A stretch of 64,000 bases of DNA from Chiloscyllium plagiosum (GCF_004010195.1 NC_057720.1:23740135-23804134), one strand, 5' to 3'. Counted from the first letter of the stretch, positions 12,191 through 26,565 are shown. Made by a program: numbers and translations. Notes: generated by a model not told the origin, from the letters alone.

Positions 12191-13099
12191 TGTTGCTGTG
12201 ATGGGCTCAGCAACAACACTTGCAGTCTGTGGATCATGTGTTAGCTTGCAAAATTACCTCTTATGCATGGTCCCTAAGGCTGCATGGAACATATCACCAC
12301 AATCTCTGATGACAAAACCAAGGACACTATTTTGCAAAGTATCATAAACAATAAAAGGCCAAAAAGCCAATCGACAAGAATTAGGATAACAACTAAACAT
12401 ATGCCTTCTTGATATTCCTGGAATTATTTCTACTTATGAATTTTGAAATGCTACAAAAATGCACACAATCTGTTCTTTCATTTCAAGTGTGAAGATTCTT
12501 CAAATTATATAATGATTGGATTTATCATATCATTCCAAAGGACAGAATTGTTTGCCTTAAATCATAGTAATAACTGCTAGACCATCAATAAATAATGCTA
12601 TTAGCATTTGAAATAAGCATTAAACTATAATATACTGTTTTCCCTTGCAGCTTTCTAGCTATTTATAGTTATTAAAAGACATAAAATTGAAAGTTATAAC
12701 CATGGGATGTTAGATAGTGCCCTTTTAAATAATAGGACACAGAATATTAGTTTAATTAGTCAATATAAATGGGCATTAAGCTGCTTTACATTTCTATTTG
12801 AGTATTCGTTACCTTTAATTTGGAATTATATCTGCAAGAGAATACAAAAATGGATTTTTCCTGGTCTCCATGTTTAAACTACAGGAGAGATAAATTAATT
12901 ACAAAATGTCATTATGTAATCATTTCAGATTTATTACGTTTTCAAAGGATTAGCATTAATAATATTAGAAATAATTGAAGATTAAAGTTATGTAACATGA
13001 AAGATTATTTTTCAGCCATGTGAAAGATACAAATAATATTGATTTGAGAATGGACAGAGTAATTGGTGTAGTCTTCTGTTGAACCAATACAAGAGTTTC

Positions 13100-14610
13100 A
13101 GTTGTTAAGGGTGCACTAGTAAAACCTGAAACCAGTCCTCAGCAGAAATATAGGACTCTACAAATCACAACAAAAGTCTGATAAAATAGGTAGACAGCCT
13201 GTATTGTACTAGGAACTGTGTGGCAAGAGTCACAACATTTATGGATGCATTGGTTACAAAGTTCCCTAGTTCTGAAAAGGTTCCAGCAGATTGTAAAACT
13301 GTATTGTAATATCTCCATTAAAGAAAAGGAGAAGACAGCAGTTGACCTTAGTACAGTTATCCTAAGACTTCTCATTTGGAAAATGCTAAAATTTATCATT
13401 AAAAAGGTATTAACAACACATTTGGAACATGATAATACAATCATGTAAAGTCAACATGATTTCACAAAAGGGAAATAGTGCTTGTGACAAATTTACTAGT
13501 TATTTGAGGATGTAAGAGTCAGGGTGAATGAAGGGGCTGTAGTAGATATAATGCATTTAGACTTCCAATTAAAGTCTAACATATCACGTACATTGTCACA
13601 CAATATACAATCTATATTAGTAACTTCAATTGAAGGGACTAAATGCATTCTGTCTACAAAGACATGCAAAAATGCCTATTGTGAAGAGAACACAGAACCT
13701 GTCAGATGGAGTATTTAATGGAAAAATGTGGAGTTGTCTGTCAGTAGGAAGAGTAGAAAAGAATAGAGTGGAGACACTGTAGAACATTACAATTCAAAAG
13801 ATGTGGTTATATATGAATGATAGAATGTTAGTATATAGATAGAGCAGGTAATTAGGATGGCAAATGGGATGTTGACTTTTATTGCAGATATATGGAAAAT
13901 AGAATGTAGGGAAGCCTTGCTACAACTGTAGAGGGCATTCATGAAACCACATCTACGGTACTTTTTACAGCTTTGGTTTCCTCATGTAAGGAAGATTATA
14001 CTTACATTGGAAGCTGTTCAGAGAGCGAGTTCAGTAGTCTGACTCCAAGGATGATAGATTTTTGTGTGAGAGGAAGTTGAGCAGGTTGGGCCTTTACTCA
14101 GTAGAGTGAAGAAGAATGAGACTGAAATGAACTGAGGAGGGTTTTGATACTAAGAGAATCTTTCCCCTCATGGGGGACTATAATTAGGGGTCATTGTTTA
14201 AATGAAGGGGTCTTCATTTTAGACAAAGAGGAAAAGGATTTTGTTTTACTCTTGAGCCTTCACAGAATCAAGGAATTACTACAGTGCAGAAGGAAATAAT
14301 TCAGCCCATCATGACTGCATCAGCTCTGCTTTCTGGTGTGGTTTGATTATCTAGTGCCAATCTCCTGCCTTTTTTGATAGTCTTTGGAAATCTTGTCTAC
14401 AAATAGCAGTGAAGGTTGGATCATTGAATATATTCAAAACTTAGAAGATTTTTAATTGACAATTGATTTTTAATTTAGAAGTCAAAGATTATGGTGAGCT
14501 GACAGGAAATTGGGGTTAAGGCAACAATCAGATCAGCCTTGGTCTTATGAAATGGCAAAGTGAGATTGATGAATCAAACAACTTACTCTTGCCATTATCA
14601 TATGATCTTA
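13100..14610 (+). mobile_element. Highly decayed CR1 LINE
   Basis: Remnants SQHDFTKGK, VNEGAVVDIMHLDFQ and KPHLRYFLQLW, with many stops. Confidence 0.75.
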
Positions 14611-14832
14611 TTGACTATGGTATTTACAAATCAATGTGTAGTCATACAGTAGAATTGTTCAAAACTACAGAGGTAGGTTCCAGGTTGTGATTGAGGACAG
14701 GATCAAAGATAAGAGTGTTTGCTCACCCCACTCCACATTACGTTTCCACTTCAAACTAACTTTGCTGGAGGTGGGTGAGCATTCATGGAAGCTTTTCCCT
14801 GGCTGAGGCAGGTCGCCAATTATGATCAATTT

Positions 14833-16010
14833 GACAAAAACAGAAACTGCTGGAAAAATTTAGCAAGTCTGGCAATATCTGTGGAGAGAAATCAAAGGTA
14901 ACATTTTGGATCCAGTGACCCTTCTTCAGAACTGATGATAGTTGGGAAAAATGTTTTTTAATGCAAACGATAAGATGAGGAGAAGGAAGAGGAGTAAACA
15001 ATTAGTGGAGATAGAGCCCAAAACAACAGTAAAACAGTTGGGCAGATAAAGAAATGGATAAGTGTCAGTCTAAGAGAATGAATAGCTGCTTATGGGGACT
15101 ATCAATAACTGACAATGAATTGTGTGTGGTAGCAGCCCATGTGATGACAAGGGTTGATTTGTGGGAATGGAGGAAAGAAATGGGGAAAGCTCTAAAATTG
15201 TTGAACTTGACATTAAGTCCAGAAGGATGCAGGGTTCCCAAATAGAAAATGAAATGCTGTTCTTCCAGTTTGTGATGAGATTGGCTAGAGCACTGCAGAC
15301 ATCCTAAGATGGAGATGTTGGCCAGAGTGTGTTGAAATGGCAGGCAACTGGAAGCTTAGCAATTCTTTTGATGGCAGAATGCGGATGTTCTGCGAAGCTG
15401 TTATCCAGTGTAGGCTTTGTTTCGCTAGTATAGAGGAGACCACATTGTGAGCAGCGAATGGAATAGACTAGCTTGAATGAAGTGCAGTTAAAATACTGCT
15501 TCACCTGGAAGGTGTCTGGGGCCTTGGATAGTCAAGAGGGAGGAAGTAAACTGGTAGGTGTTACACATTCTGCAATTGCAAGGGATGTGTCATGGGGATG
15601 TGGGAAGGTGTTGGGAGTGAAGGAGCACTGGACTTGGATGTCCCAGAGGGAATGCTCCTTGTGGAAGATTGGCAAGGGAGGCAAGGAGAATATGTGTCTG
15701 GTGGCAACTTCCTGCTGGAGATGGCAGAAATGGTATGTGCATTTGCATGCTGGTGGTATGGTAGGTGAGGACAAAGGAAGGAAGGCGGTGGTGGTTGGGG
15801 ACAGTTCAGGCCTTTTTTTCCAGGAAGACATGAAGAGATTGGAGATCATTCTGGTAGAGGTTGGATCTATAAAGGGATTGCATGTCAATGCTAAAGGGGA
15901 GATAGCTGAAGCCCATGAACTGGAAATTCTGAAACTGATGTAAACTGGCAAGGGAAGTGCAGATGTAAGTGGGAAGGGACTGGACAAGGAGAGAAAGAAT
16001 CCTTGAATGT
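14833..16010 (-). mobile_element. Penelope-like element relic (GIY-YIG endonuclease region plus pLTR)
   Basis: ORF 15304-15504 reads FNCTSFKLVYSIRCSQCGLLYTSETK...FAEH. A degenerate ctgaaga-agggtc...gatcc-aaaa core lies at ~14900-14930. Confidence 0.85.
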
Positions 16011-16836
16011 TGACAATAGTGAGTGTAAAATTCAACTTTGGTGCAGGCAGTGGTTCACCTACCTTTTATACATCCTGTCTGATCTTCCTCTCCATTGGCA
16101 TACAGCAGTCAATAAAAATCTCACCAATGTCACAACGCAAAGATCCTTCCTTAGCCATTAACTCTGCCGGTGAATTTTATGGTCAGATTTCTCTCTGTGG
16201 AAAGAAATTACTTTGGCTCACAGTCAAAATATCTTTGATCTTATAATTTAGCCTTTTTATATCTCTCAACTGTTGGTTGCAATATCCTAGTATCTACTTA
16301 AGCAAAAATTCCCAATTTTATCATATAATTTTAGCCTTTAATACACACCCCAATTTTCTATGCTTTTCTTTTATATTTAGATTCGTTTATATTAGACAGC
16401 AGCCTAGTAATTTGTATTGCCCCTTCCATAAAACATCTCTAAATATGTGAGGTGGAGAAAATAATGTACAAGGTAAATCACGGATCTTATCAAAGTTTAA
16501 TTTAGGAATATCATTAACTCTTGGTATAATATTCTATATAGCTTAGTTAATCAGATTAACACATTAATAATTTGATAGAATTCAATACTTAGTTAATTAA
16601 TTACCAGGGAGCCAAAAACAACTTCTCTCTAAATAATTTATGGATGATGAATAAATAATTTATTGATTTGTAAGTGGACACAACACCAGGTGACTAATTT
16701 ACCACATACAATCAAAATAAAAGTTTTGTCGTAGTCTATTACAAAAAACTCTTACAATGGAATGTGTTGTGTAAATTGGTAAAATACTTCTGTAATTGTT
16801 ATAATAGTCAACAATCTATTTCAAGGAAAATAAAGC

Positions 16837-17270
16837 ATAGAATCTGAGACATTTACAGCACAAAAGACTCATTGTGTCCCCACCAGCCCAAAAGAAGATG
16901 TTTGTAGCTCAATTCCACTTCACAGATTTTGGTCAGGAGCTTTGCAGCATTTCAAGTAAATAGATAATTTAACAAGTAATGAGCTTCTGTCTCGAGCACC
17001 ATCTTTGATGCAGGGAACACCAGATCCCTTACTCCCTCAACTTCCCTCTCATTCTACAACAAGTTACTTTAAATCCATGCCCCTGACCTATTGACCATTT
17101 GACAATATATATGACTGACCAGTCATTCCATCTAAGCACTTTATCATTTCAGACACCTCAGTTGAATTGCCTTGTAGCTCCCCTCTGCTCTAACCTAAGC
17201 AATCACCCAAGCTCTTGTCACAGCTAAGACTCTCTACTCATGGCAACATCCTCATAAGTCTCCTGTGGTA
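16837..17270 (-). mobile_element. Decayed CR1 3' fragment
   Basis: Degenerate similarity to the other CR1 3' ends (ggcaacatcct, ttaaatccatgcccct, catagaatc tail). Confidence 0.55.
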
Positions 17271-17750
17271 AATGTTCATGGGATCCAGGATAACTTGGCA
17301 AATTGGATCCAAAATTGGTTTAGCTGCAGGCGACAGAGGCTGGTGGTCGAAGGCTGTTTGTGTGGCTGAAACTCAGTGTGCAATAGTTACCATTAGGATA
17401 AGTGATGTAGATGAGAATGTGGGAAGGGAATGGTATGTAAGTTTGCAGATGACACAAAGATTGGCGAGGTTGTTGACAGTGAGGAGGAAAGTATTAGATA
17501 ACAGGAGGATATAAGCAGATTGGTCAAGTGGGAAGATGGAATGTATCCATGATAAATGTGAAATGATGCACTTTGTAAGAAGAATCAAAACAAGGGTGTA
17601 TTTGATGAATGGCAGAATGCTAGGAGGCTTAAATGAGCAGAGAGATCCTAGTGTGTTTGACAACAGATCCTGAAGGTGGAAGGACAGGTGAAAGTTAAGA
17701 AGGTATACAAGATGCTTGCCTTTATCAGTCGTGTATTGGTTGTAAATACA

Positions 17751-19838
17751 GTCATAGAGTCATAAAGATATACAGCACAGAAACAAACCCTTGGGTCCAA
17801 CTAGTCCATGCTGACCAGATGTCTCAACCTGATCTAGTCCTATTTGCCAGCACCTGGCCCATATCCCTCCAAACCCTTACTATTCATTTATTCAACGAGA
17901 CGCCTTTTAAATATTGCAATTATACCAGCCTCCATCAATTCCTCTGGCAGCTCATCCCACACACACACCATCCTCTGTGTTAAAATGTTGCCCCTTAGGT
18001 CCCTTTTATATCTTTGCCCTCTCACCCTAAACCTATACCCTCTAGTTCTGGATTCCCCGACTCCAGGGAAAAGACTTTGTCTATTTACCCTATCCATGCC
18101 CCTCATGATTTTATAAATCTCTATAAGGTCACCCCTCAGCCTCCGACACTCCAGAGAAAACAGCCCCAGCCTATTCAACCTCTCCTTATAGCTCAAATCC
18201 TCTAACCCTGGTAACATTCTTATAAATCTTTTCTGAACCCTTTCAAGTTTCACAACATCCTTCCCACAGGAAGGAGAACAGAACTGCACATAATATTTCA
18301 AAAATGGCCGAACCAATGTCTTGTATAGCCGCAACATAACCTCCCAACTCCTATACTCAATGCTCTGACCAATAAAGGAAAGCATGCCAGACGCCTTCTT
18401 CACTATCCTATCTACCTGCGACTCCACTTTCAAGGAGCTATGAACCTGCACTCCAACCTCTCTTTGTAGCAACACACCCCAGGACCTTTTATTTAAGTGT
18501 ATAAGTCCTACTCTGATTTACTTTTCCAAAGGGCAGCACCTCACATTTATTGAAATTTAACTCCATCTGCCACTTCTCAGCCCATTGGCCCATCTGATCA
18601 AGATCCCGTTGTAATCTCAGGTAATGTTCTTCGCTGTCCACTACACCTCCAATTTTGGTGTCATCTGCAAACTTACTAACTATACCTCCTACGTTCATAT
18701 CCACATCATTTATATAAATGACGAAAAGTAGTGGACACAGCAACAATTCTTGTGGCACTCCACTGGTCACAGGCCTCCAATAAGAAAAGCAACCCCCCAC
18801 CACTACTCTCTGTCTTCTACCTTCAAGCCAATTCTGTATCCAAATGGCTAGTTCTCTTTGAAATCCATGAGATCTAACCTTGCTAATCAGTCTCCCATGG
18901 GGAACCTTGTCGAGTGCCTCACTGATCATCATGTCCATTGTTCTGCCCTCATTTGATACTTCTTCAAAAAACTCAATCGGGTTTGTGAGACATGATTTCC
19001 CACGCACAAAGCCATGTTGACTATCCCTAATCAGTCCTTGCCTTTCCAANNNNNNNNNNNNNNNNNNNNNNNNNNNNNNNNNNNNNNNNNNNNNNNNNNN
19101 NNNNNNNNNNNNNNNNNNNNNNNNNNNNNNNNNNNNNNNNNNNNNNNNNNNNNNNNNNNNNNNNNNNNNNNNNNNNNNNNNNNNNNNNNNNNNNNNNNNN
19201 NNNNNNNNNNNNNNNNNNNNNNNNNNNNNNNNNNNNNNNNNNNNNNNNNNNNNNNNNNNNNNNNNNNNNNNNNNNNNNNNNNNNNNNNNNNNNNNNNNNN
19301 NNNNNNNNNNNNNNNNNNNNNNNNNNNNNNNNNNNNNNNNNNNNNNNNNNACCACATTCGCCAACCTCCAGTCTTCCGGCACTTCATCTGTGACTATCGA
19401 TGATACAAATATCTCAGCAAGGGGCCCAGCAATCACTTCTCTTGCTTCCCACAGATTTCTGGGGTATACCTGATCTGATCCTGGGGATTTATCTACCCTT
19501 ATGCAATTCAAGTCATCCCACATCTCCTCCACTGTAATATGGACATTTTTCAAGATGTCACTATCTATTTCCCTACATTCTATATCTTCCATGCCCTTCT
19601 CCACAATAAACACTGATGCAAAATACTTGTTTAGTATCTCCCCCGTCTCCTGTGGCTCCACACAAAAGCTGCCTTGCTGATCTTTGAGGGTCCCTCATCT
19701 CTCCCTAGTTACCATTTTGTCCTTAATGTATTTGTAAAAACTCTTTGGAGTCTCCTTAACCCTACTTGCCAAAGCTATCTCATGTCCCCTTTTAGACCCC
19801 TTGATTTCCCTCTTAAGTATACTCCTACTGCCTTTATA
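17751..19838 (-). mobile_element. HER1/CR1 LINE, 5'-truncated, with disrupted RT
   Basis: ORFs 18489-19661 (SQHGFVRGKSCLTN, GVPQ, KFADDTK) and 17888-18475. Ends in a (ctatgact)n-type tail. Confidence 0.95.
19050..19350. other. Assembly gap (301 N)
   Basis: Run of N. Confidence 1.
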
Positions 19839-22439
19839 TATGTAGGAAAGTCATGTTGCAGCTGGACAATACTTTGGTTAGGCCATAGCAGGAGGACTGA
19901 GTGCAGTTCTGGTCAGTACAGGATATGATTGCACTGGAGGGGAAGCAAACAAGGTTCACCAGGATGTTGCCTGGGATAGAACATTTCAGTGAGAAAGAAA
20001 GGCTGGATAAGCTCAGCGAGGGTGGGAATCCAAATATAGGTGTCTAAGATAATAAGGGGCGTGAACAGGGTACACAGAAAGCAGCTGTTCCCCTGAGTCA
20101 AAGTATCAATAGCAAAGCAGGATAATTTTAAAGTGAAAGGTAAAATGTTGAAAGGAAATTTGAGGAAAAGTCTTTTCATACAGATGATTGTAAGGGTCTG
20201 GACTGTGCTGCCAGGGAGGGTAATTGAGGCAGGAAACCTCACAACCTTTAAAAAGCACTTGGATGAGCAATTGATGTGTCATAACATTCAAGACTATGGG
20301 CCTAATGCAGCAAAGTGGGAGTAGTGTGGATAGTAGTATATTTTTGTTGTCACAGACTCGATGCGTCAAATGTTCTCTTCTGCACTGTATGATTCTATGT
20401 TTTTACCCTCTCTAATGTGATCAGATGCTAATTATTTTCACTGTTTTCTTTGCTTCAAGCTATAACCAATGAGTACATACAAAAGTGTGCCTGGTTGTTG
20501 TCACAGAGAAGTAAGGGAAAGCTTCAGGTTCTAGAGACAATGCAAGGAGCAACAACTCCTACCATCAAAGATCTGAGTCATGAGGACAGAATAGAGATGA
20601 GTAAACATACAAGCCTGGAAAATTAATGGTTGAGAAATCACCTTATATAGGTCAGATGCATAGTCAGTTGAATAGAAAATGTTCATCCTGTTTATAATTT
20701 AAATTTATGAACACTGAATGAGAAAATATAGGTACAAACTCATGATAAACAATACATAACATTGATATTCAGAAATCTCTCTTTGCACATGGAAATCTTT
20801 AAAGATATCATCCAGTCTATGTAGATTACTTACTTTAGGCAGCTGGTTGACATCTTATTGGTTTTCTAACTTCTACAACTTCATTCTGGTGTTTGACATG
20901 ACATTTCTATTGATGTTGCGGTCCTTTTGATAGCTTTCAGAATAGTTTTACTGCTGCCTGGGTGCTCATTCAATCAGATGCGAAACATACTGATGCACAT
21001 ATGAGAGAGCAGATAGTCATTACTCACCAGGTAATGATATGCATTACATACAACAGTCTCCATAAGTCATAAGGAGGATAGTTTAATATGATGCTTAGGA
21101 GGCTCTCACTTAATCAAGTTCATTGAAAAGTTGGATTGGAGCAGCTTTCATTCAAACAGAGTTTCAGTTTTGGCAGAATACAATGCACATTTGAGTGGAA
21201 TCTAACAGTGGCTGATGGACAGTCCATTTGTAAGGCAGATGCAATTAAATAAATGTTTTCAGCAAAATGAATAGAGCAAAGACAGCAGGAGGAATGACAC
21301 TCATTATTGTGATGAATACAAATGATTAAGGTGTGCCTATTTCCTCCACCATTAATATTAAAGGGCGGAGGCAAGAGCCCTTCACCATGACAAGTTTGGT
21401 GACGGGCTATAAATGTGGAAGGTGCGGATCCTACCAGCGTCCCAGCCCACCTCCTCGATTAATGTCCTGTTGGGAAAGTCCGTGGTGGTTTTCCTGGCAT
21501 GATGCCAATTCAGGCCTTTAAGTGGCTGATTAACATCATCCAGGACCTTGTACCATTGCTGCTGGTGTTTACCCAGCAGTAGGTGGAAGGGTTCACGATA
21601 TAGGGAGCATGACAAATAAACATAAATGTGTTGGTGTGTGGGCTCTGAGGGGATCCTCACTTGAATGTGCTCAGTGCCTGAATGTTGTACTTGGCTTTAA
21701 AAAGAGGCTCCCATTGAGAACAACTTTCCCCGGCCTTGCTGCCCAAACTTTCCCCATGATCGCCAATCCTTTAGTCTGTGCCCACAATCCCTAATTTGTG
21801 TTTGGATGTCTCTTCAATCCCAAACTTTGGATAGGTGTAGGACCGTTGGCAATCTTCACCTCTCTGGTGTCCCCAAATATCAATAAATTGCAACCTCTGA
21901 TTGGTTCTCAGCCAGCAGGACCTCCAGCCTTGGGATCCATGGGGGGAGAAAAGATATTAAGGGGCTCTCTCCAACTCTCTGGGCAGCAGCTAAGACTCAT
22001 ATCTCCTTAAAATTCCTTTAATTGTTCAACCCTTCTCATTCAACTATTCTTTCACTTAATCAAGTTTGAGTTTGCAGTCAGCTGTGATTTTGTACTAAAC
22101 TCTCTACCAAACTTAGCAGGGCTGCGATCCGACCAGCTTTTACACCCTATTGGGTTTTTCTTCTATGTGGTTAACACAGAATAGTCCAAAATCACACGTT
22201 CTACACTCCGCCAAAGTGCAACATCCTGTCTCACATTAGTGATTATGCACCCGGGAATAAGTGAAATTGGGAAATGTCTACCAAACTGCAGCTGCTTTTC
22301 TTAAATTGCAGGAGATGGTATTGCTACTTGATTTCATGCAAAGCTGCCCAAACATAAATGTTTCCTTTCATGAAACAAAAAACAATGTCATTTCATTTAA
22401 TATTTCAGAACCTGCAAGAACTGTTTTATTCCACCTTAG

Positions 22440-23232
22440 ATGATTCACGAACCTGATAGAACCCTCCCAAATCGGGCCCAAGACATTTGTTTATTGTGCA
22501 AACTGATACTGAAATAGGGAACATCAAAGCTATCCTGAAGGATAATGGACTTTCTGATTCGATATTGGCTATCTGTATATCACGCAAACCTATGATCAGA
22601 CCTAAGGAAACTACTTTTGATCCTCAGAAGTAGCTAGTTTATCTCAAATTACCCTAAAGTAGTAAGATGCCTGAAACATTTGAACAGGTAATGCAAGGCA
22701 TTTCACTCTGATACGATGCAATGACATTACGTCTCCAACAAGATGCTGACATTAGCCAAAAAGATGTTCTTCTGATCACAAGAATGGGAAATGTGTGTAT
22801 GAATTTTAGTGCCAGTATGAGGCCCAGAATGTAAGTTATAATTCCCAATAACCAGTAGACCATATGAAACATTATTTTTCTTTGGCTGCTCACGACAGAT
22901 AGACTACTGACCATACCCAGTAATACTCTGCTTGCAAAACACAGAATATAAGAGCTGAACATTGTATGCAATTCCAGATCGTGAATTAGACAATACTTGC
23001 TAAATACTTCTGATTTGTCTAGTTGGAATTTAAACAAAACCTTAAACAAATGTTAACTGCTCCCTGTTGCATTCTCCATGTCAATGCCTTCATCAATAAG
23101 AGTCAATTTGCCAACCAATCAGCACCTCCTTCTAATGTCACATAAATTGTTATTGTCTTTGAGATTTGATACTCTTGTGATTCTCTGATGAGTGCAAGTT
23201 CAAAATCTTAAACAGAATGTTTCTATTTTCAG
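22440..23232 (+). mobile_element. Old Penelope-like element of a different lineage (RT thumb, GIY-YIG and pLTR)
   Basis: Piecewise translation gives RAQDICLLCKLDTEIGNIKAILKDNG, VYLKLP, KDVL and YEF.CQ..A..V. A degenerate ctgatgagtgcaag core lies at ~23185. Confidence 0.7.
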
Positions 23233-23244
23233 GATTACAGTCGT

Positions 23245-23750
23245 AATGCAATGGCATGGTCATAACGTCACCGTACTAGTAATCCAGGCACGCAGGCTAA
23301 TGCCTGGGAACATGGATTAAAATCACACCATTGGTAGATTGTGAAATTCAAATTCAATAAGTAATTCTAGAATTAAATTTAAAAATCACACAAGACCAGT
23401 ATGATGAAAGAGCAGCGCTCCGAAAGCTAGTGCTTCCAAATAAACCTGTTGGACTATAACCTGGTCTTGTGTGATTTTTAACTTTGTACACCCCAATCCA
23501 ACACCGGCACCTCTAAATCATATCTGGAATTAAAAGCTAGCTTAATGGCCACTATGTAATCATTATCAATGATTGTAAAAACCCATTTGAGTCACTATTG
23601 TCCTATATTGAAGGAAATCTGCTATCCTTACCTGGTATATGACTTCAGATCCAGAGTAATGTGATTGATTCTTTGTAGCCCTCTGAAATAGTTCAAGGGG
23701 GGGGTAAAAATCAAGGGGAGGTCCATATCCTGTGCAGAAACTTTAAAAAT
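23245..23750 (+). mobile_element. SacSINE1-like SINE interrupted by a fold-back element
   Basis: Collinear with 2135-2545 on both sides of the insertion. Confidence 0.7.
23378..23521. mobile_element. Short fold-back Penelope-type insertion with hammerhead remnant
   Basis: Inverted arms aaaaatcacacaagaccag / ctggtcttgtgtgattttt. Core (a)tgatga-aagagc agc gctcc-gaaa-gc-ta. Same family as 36705-36916. Confidence 0.8.
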
Positions 23751-24082
23751 ATTGTTATTACATTTAATAGCTCAAACGTGAAATCCCTGTATGGGAGGTA
23801 AGCCTACTCTAGAGGGTCATGAAGGTCAAATATTCATCTATTCCATTGCATTGGACACAGGAGTTGCAATTCACAACCTTCCTGTATAGTCCTGTTATAG
23901 GTGAGCAACACAGAAATGTTGCACTCCCACCTCATGGCCATATAGTGTAGGAGTGAGCAAAGTCCTTTGTGAGTGGATCAGTTTCTTTTGCATTCCTGTT
24001 AGGTGCCTCTGTGCTCAGCAGAGAACTCAGGATTCTCCTAAGAATATGTGCAGCAGTCTTTGAGCTACTCTTGATGCTGGTT

Positions 24083-25047
24083 ATAGAGTCATACAATTAC
24101 ACAGCATGGAAGCAGAACCTTAGATCCAATTTGTCCGTGCCAACTAAGCTTCCAAAACTAAACTAGCCCAATTTGCCTACATTTGGACTATAATCTATCT
24201 AAGGCTTTCCAATTCATGTACCAGTCCAAATGCTTCTTAAATGTTGTACCTGTACCCACAACTTTCACTTCCTGTGGCATTTTATTCCACATACAATCTA
24301 CGCTCTGTGTGAAAAAGTTGCCCCTCAGGTACCTTTTAAGTCTTTCTCGTTTCACCTTAAAATTATGTCCTCTAGTTTTAAACTGCTCTACCCTGAGGAA
24401 AAGACCATTGCTATTCCCCTTATCTATGCCCCTCATGATTTTTATAAACCTCTATAAAGTCATCCCTTAACCTCCTATACTCCAGGGGAAAAAAAAACCC
24501 AGTCTATCTAGTTTCCTTATAACTCAAACCTTCAAGTCCCGGTAACATCCTTGTAAATCTTTTCTGCATCCTTTCCAATTTAATAATATCCATCCTTTAT
24601 CAGGGTGACCAGAACTGTACACAGTACTCCAAAAGTGCCTTACCAATGTCCTGTATTACTGCAACATGACATCCCAACTCCTATTGTTAATGCTCTGACC
24701 AATGAAGGTAAGTCTGCCAAACACTTTCTTCACCACCCTGTCTACCTGTGACTCCACTTTCAAGGAATTATGTACCTGAACCCCTATGTTTCTCTGTTCA
24801 ACAACACTTCCCTGTACCCTACCATTAACTGTGTAAGTCCTGCCTTTGCTTGCCTTACCAGACTGCCACACCTCGCATTTATCAAAAGTAAACTCTATCT
24901 GCCACTCCTAGGCCCAGTTGATCAAGATCACAATGTACTCTTAGATAACCTTCTACACTGTCCACTACGTGACCAATTTTAGTATCATCTGCAATCTTTC
25001 TAACCATGCTTCCTATATTCCTATCCAAATTATTTATCTAAATGATG
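24083..25047 (-). mobile_element. HER1/CR1 LINE 3' ~1 kb
   Basis: ORFs 24188-24436 and 24656-24871 carry CR1 ORF2 motifs. Ends in a tatgactctat tail. Confidence 0.92.
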
Positions 25048-25220
25048 CCGAAGTTTAATGTAGAGAAACTAGTCCACCACAGGACAAGGTGGGGATTCCA
25101 GGGTGAGAGATAAGGCATTGAAGTCATTCAAGAAGAAGACATGCTGTAATTCAACAGTTGACCAGGAGGCCCAAGTGGACCACTGTCCAATAATCCTATG
25201 CAACTAATCAAGGACAATGA

Positions 25221-25490
25221 ATACTAGGTAACGTCATCAGTGAGCTTCTGGATGAAGCACTGGTGGCATGGCTTGCTTTCTATTTACGTGTTTAGGTTTC
25301 CCTGGTGATGCCATTTCCTGTGGTGACATAATTTCCTGTGATGATGTCATTTCCTGTTATTTTTCTCACGGGGTAGTAAATGGGATCCAAGTCAAAGTTG
25401 ATAGAGTTCTAATTGGAATGCCATGCTTCTAGGAATTCTCATGCATGTCTCTGTTTGGCTTGTCCTAGGATGTTTGCCTCTGTTTGCCTT
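25221..25490 (-). mobile_element. Penelope-like ORF end plus truncated pLTR (same family as 33430-33941)
   Basis: The minus strand reads ILGQAKQRHA*EFLEAWHSN...DLDPIY, then ggaaatgacatca repeats and gctca-ctgatga-cgttacc. Confidence 0.8.
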
Positions 25491-26134
25491 GTCATCGCTA
25501 ACAATGAATACATCTTCTCACTACATCCTCCATCCAAGATGCCACCACTTTCTCGCATTGTTGAATGCTCAGATCCTTCTTTACTCACCCAGTAACAGTG
25601 CCTGGTGCTCAGCATTTATGTTAAACATCCGGATGCTCCATCTCACAGTCTTTCAAAGTTGTCATCCTCATACACACCTCTCACTGCCTCCACATACCTC
25701 CATCTCTTCAGCTCTGTCAGATGCGCCACTAATGTCAGAACTATACAACCACTGAAGTTCTACCCTCCCCTCTTGCAGATCACAATGGCACACAATAGAA
25801 TGGAGCAGAGCAGAACTGGGAGCAAAAGTAGGGAATCAAGGACACATGACCTTCTGTGACTTATGAAGGAGATGACTCTCAAAATCATGGGGCTACATGC
25901 AGCAATGTCTATGGCATCCAATGACACTGGAAATCTTGAGAATGTAGAAATCATCCTGTCTTAGCTCCCAGCATTCCCTAACCTGCTATTTAGCATGGTG
26001 TCTATGGTGCTACATGTGTACACGAAACTTTTGCTTCCAACCCTATTCCCACACATGAACAGTGTAATGTTAATGTAATGGAACAAACCCATTGCCTGGA
26101 TCTCTGAGGCCCAAATTACATCGTAGAGATGAAT

Positions 26135-26565
26135 TGTGTCATAGAACTCTACAACAGAAAAAAGGCCCTTCAGCCCATTGCAACTATACCAGTCAAAACA
26201 GCTACCTAATTATTCTATTCCCATTTTCCAGTGATTTGGCCCATGGCATTATATGCCTTGGCATTACAAATATACATTTATGTACTTTTCAAAATTTCTG
26301 AGAGTTCCTGCCTCTACCACACTGAGAGGCAGTGAATTCCAGATTCCCACCACTCTCTGGGAGGAAAAAGTTGTTCTCACATCTCCTCTAAGTCTCCTGT
26401 CCCTTACCTTATATCATTGATCCCTCCCGCCATCAAGGGAAAATATTTCTTCCCATCTACCCTGTCTATGTCCTTCATAATTTTACACATCTAAATCATT
26501 TCCCTCTCAAAATCCTTTACCCTAAGGAATCAACCCCAGTCCATCCAATCTCTCTTCACAACTGG
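26135..26565 (-). mobile_element. Decayed CR1-like 3' fragment
   Basis: tcatagaa tail; ggcagtgaattccagattcccaccactctctgg. Confidence 0.65.

Larger units (their letters stand above)
17271..20400 (+). mobile_element. Older CR1 copy split into 17271-17748 and 19843-20400 by a younger antisense HER1 insertion
   Basis: The left piece ends at MLAFISR. The right piece resumes at RKVMLQL..TLVRP and runs to the ctgtatgattctatg tail. Confidence 0.75.

Noticed and set aside
18489..19661. 390-aa ORF as a functional reverse transcriptase
   Set aside because: About 100 residues are N-gap. The element is 5'-truncated, with no endonuclease, internal deletions and a stop or frameshift before the C-terminus.
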